This document shows, piece by piece, positions 45,975 to 52,523 of a stretch of DNA of 60,242 nucleotides. Origin of the DNA: a virus (lineage: Duplodnaviria; Caudoviricetes); the IMG/VR virus record IMGVR_UViG_3300025127_000033, positions 1 through 60,242 of that record; one strand, given 5' to 3'. Made by a program: the position numbers and the translations under genes. The stretch's first letter is position 1, and every line of letters begins with the position of its first letter. Under the pieces are notes generated by a model that was given only the letters and a program-made list of their open reading frames with translations, had not been told where the DNA came from and made no database searches.

Positions 45975-46090
45975 TATTTCTCTTCTGTTAGTTTATTAAG
46001 TAATTCGATATGCTCTCCCCAATCATCGCCATATTGTTCATTATCCATTAGAAATGAAATAACTTCGTTCAATAATTTATTGTCTTTCAT
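45974..46090 (-). CDS. Unlisted 38-aa protein
   Basis: MKDNKLLNEVISFLMDNEQYGDDWGEHIELLNKLTEEK; fills the gap exactly. Confidence 0.6.
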   Translation of the reverse strand: MKDNKLLNEVISFLMDNEQYGDDWGEHIELLNKLTEEK

Positions 46091-46098
46091 AATTATAT

Positions 46099-46848
46099 TT
46101 AAGAGTTAAAAATAAATGGGCTGTCTACTACAAAGCCAAGTTGAATGCCCTCCTCCAACCTAGCCTTAGTTCCTTTGAACCGAAGTCCGAGTATGTACTT
46201 ACCTCTCTTGCCAATCATAATGTCATCCGCCACGTCACCATCCACGACATCGAACCCTCGCCAGGTCTTCGGCAGTGCTTCACCTTTCTTGAGGTTGAAC
46301 ACCACAGACACAGGCGTATTATAATCTGTCATCGATGTCTCTGCATCATCCCAATTCTGCCCATCGTAACTGAACGTCAGTAGGTAGTTAGTACCTGCGA
46401 AACGCTTGACACGATTTGGATTCTTGGTGTAGTCATAGAACTGAAGATTCTTGTACTGCAATACGTCAACCTTCTGCATTGCTCGCAGCATAGACACGAA
46501 GTCCAAGTCACTTGTGCCGTTCATACGCACGGCAGTCGTGTGTTTTCGTTTGGCTAGTCGCTCCAGATCATTGTTCAGCTGAGTAAGGAACGCACGTTTG
46601 TCACTGAAGAAAAAGTTTGTCTTGTTCCTCCGAGCCACACGTACACTACTGAACTTGCCACGCCCCGCCTCAGATAGGCAGGGCTTCATACAAGTCTTGG
46701 CATGTGAACAGACGTTCCGTCCGAAGTCATTGTCCTTATACGGGGACATATACATAATGGCAGTAGGCGTTTCACTTTTGGATGTCTTCGCATTCGTACT
46801 GCCTGGTTTGAGTAAGCGATTCCGCTTGTAGTATTCTACGTAATTCAT
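46099..46848 (-). CDS. GP88-like Cys-motif protein (possible Fe-S/radical-SAM-like enzyme)
   Basis: NAKTSK, CxxxxxCxxxC (CSHAKTCMKPC), VRMNGTSD, QFYDYTK, VVDGD motifs. Confidence 0.6.
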   Translation of the reverse strand: MNYVEYYKRNRLLKPGSTNAKTSKSETPTAIMYMSPYKDNDFGRNVCSHAKTCMKPCLSEAGRGKFSSVRVARRNKTNFFFSDKRAFLTQLNNDLERLAKRKHTTAVRMNGTSDLDFVSMLRAMQKVDVLQYKNLQFYDYTKNPNRVKRFAGTNYLLTFSYDGQNWDDAETSMTDYNTPVSVVFNLKKGEALPKTWRGFDVVDGDVADDIMIGKRGKYILGLRFKGTKARLEEGIQLGFVVDSPFIFNS

Positions 46849-47117
46849 TGCTCTCTTTTTTGGACGATAAAATAAATTCGCTCCTTCTCTGAAATGTCGA
46901 AGTCAATATCAAACTCTTGATTGTCTTTCTTGACATGATGCATCATATCAATCAGTTCTGAAACTGATTCATCTTCCAATTCAGAATCACCATACCACTT
47001 ACCCCATCCTCTGATACAGCATACTAACTCATTGTCGTCTTGAGAATAAAACTCAAGGTCACGTTGGTAGACAGGATGTAGTCTACGTCTAATCGAATAA
47101 AAAACTTGTCTCATCAT
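46845..47117 (-). CDS. Hypothetical protein, paralogue of 47114-47416
   Basis: Shares the IRxWGxW...SEK pattern with its neighbour. Confidence 0.75.
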   Translation of the reverse strand: MMRQVFYSIRRRLHPVYQRDLEFYSQDDNELVCCIRGWGKWYGDSELEDESVSELIDMMHHVKKDNQEFDIDFDISEKERIYFIVQKREQ

Positions 47118-47416
47118 ATCGTTTTTATAATTATAAAATCAATCCAATTCTTCTCACTCATGTACCAATGGACATTGAAGGCTGGGTACTTGTTGTGAAT
47201 GTGCTTTACTATGTCTATCATAGCAGACCTAGAACTATCACATAGAACCATATCACCATCACCACCTTCTTCCCAATCGTAATCCCAATTACCCCAATGT
47301 CTGATTGAACATTCAATTTTACTTGGACTTGAATCATTTATTGCAAGGTCTTGCCCGACCTCACGTCTCAGTGAATTAAAAACCTCTCTCCACTCTAGTA
47401 TATAAGACTCTCTCAT
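47114..47416 (-). CDS. Hypothetical protein, paralogue of 46845-47117
   Basis: CSIRHWGNW...MSEKNWIDFI. Confidence 0.75.
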   Translation of the reverse strand: MRESYILEWREVFNSLRREVGQDLAINDSSPSKIECSIRHWGNWDYDWEEGGDGDMVLCDSSRSAMIDIVKHIHNKYPAFNVHWYMSEKNWIDFIIIKTI

Positions 47417-47448
47417 ACTTTACTATTTAACATTAACAAATTGAACTT

Positions 47449-47949
47449 CTAGTTCTTACCAATAATTCCGATTTCATCAATCGTATTCCAATCGCACACT
47501 CTCAGTGCGCCTGCATCGTTACCCTCATCGTCTCGCTGTGGCATAATACACATTCCGTTACTCAATACGAGCACGACTGGCGAACCACTCCAATCACGAG
47601 GCATGTCATTTGGGTTGAGCCAAATTACCCTCTGAATCATCTTACCCACTAAGGACTGTGCAAGGTTGTCTGTTTTCTTCTGCTCCCTTCGCTCCTTGAT
47701 GATTGCTCTATGAACCTTTGGGTCTTCGAGGTATGTCTCCGCTAAGTCCCCAGCCGCATACTTGTTCTTCGCCACCTTTTCTATCAACCCCTCGCTAATC
47801 CACTTGGCAAGTTGTTGGTCATAGAAAGGTTCACTTTTGTATATCTTTTCCCTAGCCCACCACACGAACCCATAGAAGTCTCTGCGTGTGAAAAATTTGC
47901 CGTGTGATACGGCTTGTTCGATAATTTCGTATTTGTATGTATTTTTCAT
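47449..47949 (-). CDS. Hypothetical early protein
   Basis: Likely start ATG 47949 (ATGA overlap); C-terminal PQRDDEGNDAGAL. Confidence 0.75.
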   Translation of the reverse strand: MKNTYKYEIIEQAVSHGKFFTRRDFYGFVWWAREKIYKSEPFYDQQLAKWISEGLIEKVAKNKYAAGDLAETYLEDPKVHRAIIKERREQKKTDNLAQSLVGKMIQRVIWLNPNDMPRDWSGSPVVLVLSNGMCIMPQRDDEGNDAGALRVCDWNTIDEIGIIGKN

Positions 47950-48143
47950 TGTTCTCCTTTTAAGATTAATAAACTGACAACACGGAAGTATTGCCCTGCC
48001 ATAAGAATGAGGAATCCATTGAAGGCTAAAGTCTTCAACTCCTCCATATTTTCGCAAAAGTCAATATTGCCCAACACCATAAGACAGGCGCAGACAATAC
48101 AGACATAGTTCAGCGAATTAAAAAAACGTGCTATATTATACAT
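47946..48143 (-). CDS. Small two-TM membrane protein
   Basis: Two hydrophobic segments; preceded by a tRNA-like element and a hairpin. Confidence 0.65.
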   Translation of the reverse strand: MYNIARFFNSLNYVCIVCACLMVLGNIDFCENMEELKTLAFNGFLILMAGQYFRVVSLLILKGEQ

Positions 48144-48178
48144 AGATTATGATTTATAACGCACACCATTGTACGTTG

Positions 48179-48222
48179 AACCACGCAGAGGAATCGAACC
48201 TCTATTTATTCCAAACGTGGTT
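48179..48222 (-). ncRNA. Mini tRNA-like element 2 (acceptor-like stem plus T-arm)
   Basis: Minus strand AACCACG-[12 nt]-AGAGG-TTCGATT-CCTCT-G-CGTGGTT, followed by hairpin AACGTAC..GTGCGTT. Confidence 0.6.
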
Positions 48223-48231
48223 TTGGTACGC

Positions 48232-48414
48232 CTAAACGTCCCATTCGACTAGACCTAATTCGCCTAAGTCTACTTCGCCTATTTGTTCCATAAGCATGGC
48301 AATCTGGCGATCTGCTTCTTCACGGATTTCCGCCAGGCGAGTCTCCCTTGCTTCTTCAAGGATGTCTAAATGTCTGTTCAACTGAACAGAACTTGAGAAA
48401 ATAAAATTTGTCAT
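48232..48414 (-). CDS. Hypothetical coiled-coil early protein
   Basis: Likely start ATG 48414, downstream of the terminator at 48476-48499. Confidence 0.65.
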   Translation of the reverse strand: MTNFIFSSSVQLNRHLDILEEARETRLAEIREEADRQIAMLMEQIGEVDLGELGLVEWDV

Positions 48415-48475
48415 AGTAATAAATAGTGAGTGTGAAAATGATTTCACGTTAAAAAATCCCCTAACTATAGGGCAT

Positions 48476-48499
48476 AAAAAAAGGGACATAAATGTCCCT
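48476..48499 (-). terminator. Rho-independent terminator/attenuator after the first early gene
   Basis: Minus strand AGGGACA-TTTA-TGTCCCT followed by a T run. Confidence 0.8.
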
Positions 48500-48528
48500 A
48501 TCAAAAAATCATCTGAAGTCTGGCAGTC

Positions 48529-48894
48529 TTACTTTTTCTTAGCAACTTTTTTGCTTTCGATAAACTTACCAATCGCTTGAATAAAGAAGTACATGGAGAT
48601 TGCATCTTTGCGCTTTCCGTCTTTTGAATTCTTGCGGTATTCAGACATGAATTCCATTATCTTATTTGGATTTCCTTTACCTAATATTTGCTCTACCGTT
48701 ACTGATGTACCAAATTTTTCGTTTCTATCTTTTACAATAGCACGAATGGCTTTTTTACCAAGTTCATCATGAATGAAATATTTCATGTGACCACTCGGTG
48801 AAAGGTAGGTCTTGTTAATGAAATCTCTATGCTCTTTTGTGAGAACAGAAGTTAATGAAACGGTTTTCTTTGTGTTTGTCTTAATTTTTGACAT
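48529..48894 (-). CDS. Basic hypothetical protein, putative first early gene
   Basis: 121-aa K-rich ORF just downstream of tRNA-like element 1. Confidence 0.8.
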   Translation of the reverse strand: MSKIKTNTKKTVSLTSVLTKEHRDFINKTYLSPSGHMKYFIHDELGKKAIRAIVKDRNEKFGTSVTVEQILGKGNPNKIMEFMSEYRKNSKDGKRKDAISMYFFIQAIGKFIESKKVAKKK

Positions 48895-48932
48895 GATAAA
48901 TAATTAAATAATTAAAGTGCAATATTGCACAG

Positions 48933-48976
48933 AACCGTGCTAAAGAGTCGAACTTTAGTAAAGACCGTCCACGGTT
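48933..48976 (-). ncRNA. Mini tRNA-like element 1 (acceptor-like stem plus T-arm)
   Basis: Minus strand AACCGTG-[11 nt]-CTAAAG-TTCGACT-CTTTAG-CACGGTT, followed by palindrome GTGCAATATTGCAC (48917-48930). Confidence 0.6.
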
Positions 48977-48979
48977 TTA

Positions 48980-49492
48980 AGACCTAAGAAATAATTTTCT
49001 TTCGATGCGCTATTCTAAGTAACAGATAAACTTAACCCCTAACTTTCGTGTTGGGTGTTCCTTTTCGGATGTTGCCGCACATTGGCTATCTTGTGAATGA
49101 CTATTAGCGCCGCCTTCATTCGTCACAAGCGCCGTACACTTTCCCATTGATAATTTACTCCTACCTAATTGGCGAAATACTTTTCGTAAATCTTTTCCCT
49201 TTTATCTGTTGGGTTCTCCCCCAACAAACGCAACCATTCAAACCATTTGACATAGCCCTTGCGTGACTATAGACCCGAATGATATCGATAAAGTACTTCA
49301 TATTTCCCAATACCGAAATGCCCTTGCGTGACATATTGGCTTAGATTTCGTTCTCCTAACGTGTACTATTCAAGATGTTAAATAACGATATTACTTTCTC
49401 CATGAATGAGTGGTGAGTAATAACCCTTGTAGATATCAAAAGAAATAATATCAAGATTATTAGAGCACCTTGCCATTCCCACCGCCGTAATA
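48980..49492 (-). ncRNA. Candidate large structured non-coding RNA (~500 nt), family not recognised
   Basis: No ORF of 60 aa or more; nested long-range helices, two identical GCAA-tetraloop hairpins, G-U pairs mostly consistent with the minus strand; follows a promoter. Confidence 0.55.
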
Positions 49493-49497
49493 CAATA

Positions 49498-49529
49498 CAA
49501 AGATATACGAATACTTTTTACTTATGCAA
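49498..49529 (-). promoter_or_regulatory. Bacteroidota housekeeping-sigma-type promoter (putative main early promoter)
   Basis: Minus strand TTG-N21-TATCTTTG, matching the -33/-7 consensus; A/T-tract repeats upstream. Confidence 0.65.
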
Positions 49530-49539
49530 CTATTTTGCA

Positions 49540-49930
49540 AAAAAAAATTTCAAAAACTATAGGGCAGTCGGTGTAATCCTTTGGCATTCAATCAATTATG
49601 AAGTAAAAAAAATTTCAAAAAAATGCATATATATTGACTGGGGAGAGCAAAAATGTACACGTATACGCATAGAATGTGGTTATACTATGTCGCAAAATGT
49701 GCGAAGAAAAAACGTAAAACTTCGAAGTAAAATTGAATGGAATTTGTGCTGAACTTTTAGGTCATGATTTACGTAAAACTTTGGCGTAAATCTTTGGTGA
49801 AATATGAACGTAAAACGTCGAAGCGTTGCGTATACAAAATTTACAGGACATAGACAAAAAAAGATATTAACATATTAACATAGGGTAGTAATAAAAACGG
49901 CAAAAAATTGACCAAACGTTTGTTTGGTAA
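49540..49930. repeat. AT-rich non-coding region with short repeats (candidate genome end/packaging region)
   Basis: AAAAAAAATTTCAAAAA twice (49540, 49605); ACGTAAAAC three times (49712, 49771, 49808); inverted repeat ACCAAAC/GTTTGGT at 49911-49928. Confidence 0.6.
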
Positions 49931-50046
49931 AAAGCAAAAACAAGGCAGGGGGTCATTTTATTAATTATAAAAAAATTACAAAACGCTATAGAACCCGAAA
50001 CCTACAGGTGTCTCGTGAATTTTATACTTTTACAAAAACAAAGACA

Positions 50047-50226
50047 ATGGAAGGATTACGAATTCAGAACGGCAGGTTAATCAATGACAGACCTGATTCA
50101 ATTACAGGGTTGCAGAGAATGGCCCGCATGAAGAAGGCTATTAAGAGACAAGAGAAGATCTCTATGATGGTAGATGCAATGCGTCGCAAAGACATGCTGG
50201 ACGATATTAAATCACTGAGCAAGTAG
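50047..50226 (+). CDS. Small basic hypothetical protein
   Basis: Likely start ATG 50047 (MEGLRIQNGRLIN) after an A-rich leader. Confidence 0.65.
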   Translation: MEGLRIQNGRLINDRPDSITGLQRMARMKKAIKRQEKISMMVDAMRRKDMLDDIKSLSK

Positions 50227-50857
50227 TATAGAAGTAGTTATCACTATCTTCGGTTATCCACTTCTCGTGCCCCTCAGCATTGTATGTCTGGGTGCATACC
50301 TTGTAGTCAGGCTTCTTGGGGAAATCTTTCGTGGTGAATGATGGTTCGATCCATCGCACCCTATTGTTAGGTTGCAGAGCAAAGCACCCATTATCTAGTA
50401 TTATTATGTGATGCGACTTATGTTCGTGCGGAGTCTCACTTAGTGTGAGGTCAGCATTCTCATTTGTCTCACATGCCCATTGTATTGTACATAGGTATTC
50501 ACCATCGTACCATTTACGGTCCTTCATAAACACCGATGCTGTCGCATCTGCTATATATGCCAACTCCACAACGGAGAACGTCTTACTAAAACTATTCCAT
50601 AGACACAGCTGGTGAAACGGCATATGTGGCACATCATGAGGATTAGCATCCTTATCTATCAATGCAGAGCACGGAAGTTTATCTCTCATTACGCCATTCT
50701 CAAGAAGAACCTGGAACAGGGGCACTTGACCCGGCAAGCATCTAACGGATACAATCCGCCCTAGTAAGAACTCACCGTGATGAGATTTCATATCGTATAA
50801 GTATTCAGCACGTACCCACACATCTACAGGTGGGAAACTAGATTCTATGTAAGCCAT
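50207..50857 (-). CDS. Hypothetical phage protein
   Basis: 216 aa; EHKSHH and LQPNNR motifs. Confidence 0.8.
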   Translation of the reverse strand: MAYIESSFPPVDVWVRAEYLYDMKSHHGEFLLGRIVSVRCLPGQVPLFQVLLENGVMRDKLPCSALIDKDANPHDVPHMPFHQLCLWNSFSKTFSVVELAYIADATASVFMKDRKWYDGEYLCTIQWACETNENADLTLSETPHEHKSHHIIILDNGCFALQPNNRVRWIEPSFTTKDFPKKPDYKVCTQTYNAEGHEKWITEDSDNYFYTTCSVI

Positions 50858-51020
50858 TTATATAGTTTATTATTAAGTTAATCGCTTGCCTATCGTCTTT
50901 AGACTTGCTTATGATATCATTAATCTTTGCTGCAATATAATATCTTTCAGACGATGCAGCCCTGTTTTTGGCCGACTGTATAAACGGAGTTATACTTTCG
51001 TCCCATCTTGGATTTTGCAT
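50838..51020 (-). CDS. Hypothetical protein
   Basis: 60-aa ORF overlapping both neighbours in operon fashion. Confidence 0.6.
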   Translation of the reverse strand: MQNPRWDESITPFIQSAKNRAASSERYYIAAKINDIISKSKDDRQAINLIINYINGLHRI

Positions 51021-51190
51021 GATACTAGTTTATAGGTTGTATTATTATCAGAGTTCCTGTTGAGTATGTTAACCAGCTCCATCGCTTCGCTAGCCCTCTC
51101 AATCTGAAGCACCTCACTCATTCCATTTAGCATATACACGTTTATGGACTTTGGCCCTACGTATACTTCCTTTAATATCTTATACCCCAT
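50990..51190 (-). CDS. Hypothetical protein
   Basis: 66-aa ORF. Confidence 0.65.
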   Translation of the reverse strand: MGYKILKEVYVGPKSINVYMLNGMSEVLQIERASEAMELVNILNRNSDNNTTYKLVSCKIQDGTKV

Positions 51191-51824
51191 AGTCGTATCT
51201 ATCTTTTATTAATGTCAATGTATCTCCTTTTACTAGGTCAGGGTCTATAGGCACACCCAAGAACCGAACCTCAAAGTGGAGGTGTGGCCCTGTCGACCTG
51301 CCTGTTGATCCTATTATCCCTATCCCATCGCCTGCGCTCAAGGTGTCGCCCTCTTCTACTAGCAGTGACCAGTGATGAGCGTAGTAAGTCTCCAACCCAT
51401 TGAAGTGTCTCACCACAACTAAGTTACCGTACCCGCCATTGTACCCTCTCTGAGCATACCGAACTACTCCATCCCATACGGATCTGGAGGTGTCCCGGTT
51501 ACATCCTGCGTAGTCTATTCCGTAGTGCATCCTGCCCCATCTCCATCCATAGCCACTAGACACATGACCCGTTGAGTGGAACTCAAACGAATCTAGGTGT
51601 AGTGTTATGGAGTCAACGGTGCTGTCGTGCTGGTAGTGTATATACGGACAATAGTCATTGTACATGGTGTCCAAAAAAAGAGGAGGCTCTTCAACCTGAA
51701 CGGTATCCGTAACCTCCTCCCCTACACATAAAAAAGAATCCGTTGTAAACTTATCTCTATTATGAAATAGTATGGCAATATCAATCAACAATATTCCCAC
51801 AGCTATGGTTAGTATATTATTCAT
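51180..51824 (-). CDS. M23 family metallopeptidase with N-terminal TM anchor
   Basis: HYGID (HxxxD), GYGNLVVVRH, TYYAH, GSTGRSTGPHLHFE (HxH). Confidence 0.92.
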   Translation of the reverse strand: MNNILTIAVGILLIDIAILFHNRDKFTTDSFLCVGEEVTDTVQVEEPPLFLDTMYNDYCPYIHYQHDSTVDSITLHLDSFEFHSTGHVSSGYGWRWGRMHYGIDYAGCNRDTSRSVWDGVVRYAQRGYNGGYGNLVVVRHFNGLETYYAHHWSLLVEEGDTLSAGDGIGIIGSTGRSTGPHLHFEVRFLGVPIDPDLVKGDTLTLIKDRYDYGV

Positions 51825-52065
51825 CTTCTCTATATATTATATATGATGGCAGCTTTGAGTTTGGATCATAGGCTACCCTTATCGTGCCCCAGTCATTTGT
51901 AAGCGTATAGACTATCGTGCTGTCTATCAGCTGAGTCATAACCCTATATCCGTCACGCTTAGATTCCTTCATAAGTTGCTCTTGCGTCAATCCAAAATAC
52001 GAATGTTGCCCGTAACAACAAGACGTAAGTAAAAAAATATTAATTACCTGAAAGATGCATTTCAT
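51817..52065 (-). CDS. Hypothetical secreted/lipoprotein-like protein
   Basis: Signal-peptide-like N-terminus MKCIFQVINIFLLTSCC. Confidence 0.65.
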   Translation of the reverse strand: MKCIFQVINIFLLTSCCYGQHSYFGLTQEQLMKESKRDGYRVMTQLIDSTIVYTLTNDWGTIRVAYDPNSKLPSYIIYREDE

Positions 52066-52222
52066 AGTGATGACATGCTTCAGTGAGTAAGAAATATACT
52101 TCTTGATCCTCCCTCATTGCAGAATACAATATATCAATAAGTTGACTCCTAGTTCCGGTAAACTGAAAGGACATTAGTCCTCCAGTTTCGCCTTCGATTA
52201 AAATTGTTACTTTATCCTCCAT
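52040..52222 (-). CDS. Hypothetical protein
   Basis: 60-aa ORF immediately downstream of the tRNA. Confidence 0.7.
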   Translation of the reverse strand: MEDKVTILIEGETGGLMSFQFTGTRSQLIDILYSAMREDQEVYFLLTEACHHYEMHLSGN

Positions 52223-52235
52223 ATTTTTCTTTTAG

Positions 52236-52309
52236 TACTCCCATCAGGACTCGAACCTGAAACCTACTGCTTAGAAGGCAGTTGCTCTATCCAGTTGAGC
52301 TATAGGAGC
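52236..52309 (-). tRNA. trnR: tRNA-Arg (anticodon TCT)
   Basis: Full cloverleaf: GCTCCTA/TGGGAGT acceptor, D-arm GCTC..GAGC, anticodon arm ACTGC-CTTCTAA-GCAGT, T-arm TCAGG-TTCGAGT-CCTGA; CCA not encoded. Confidence 0.95.
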
Positions 52310-52313
52310 AGTA

Positions 52314-52485
52314 TTATGACGAAAGTTATCATATTTTATGACGACTTTATGATGATAGAATCCTTATATATCAACATTTATGACAAGATGACGACTTTAG
52401 TAGTCAAAAAATTAGTATTAAAAAAATATTTGAAGAATAAATATATAAGAGAGTATATCGTGGAAAAAAGTTGTCAGGTCGTCAT
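52314..52485. promoter_or_regulatory. Iteron-like element B (homologous to 39703-39852)
   Basis: 52336-52399 aligns without gaps to 39703-39766 (50/64 identical); 67-nt AT-rich spacer; inverted arm AAAGTTGTCAGGTCGTCAT. Confidence 0.6.
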
Positions 52486-52523
52486 GTTTTATTTCTATAT
52501 TAGTGGCATAAATTAAATCTAAT

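Noticed and set aside
33686-48108. Plus-strand ORFs within the minus-strand replication/early module
   Set aside because: Antisense shadows of well-supported genes.
48232-48504. Listed 5' extension of this ORF
   Set aside because: The extension runs through a terminator hairpin; ATG 48414 has the typical leader.
48179-48976. Additional true tRNA genes
   Set aside because: Both elements lack D and anticodon arms (about 44 nt); kept as tRNA-like structures only.
48980-49492. tmRNA, RNase P RNA, group I/II intron or cobalamin riboswitch
   Set aside because: No tmRNA acceptor pairing to a distant 5' end, no RNase P GAGGAAAGUCC/P4 signature, no group II domain V, no interrupted gene, and only a fragmentary GGGAA..GGTG resemblance.
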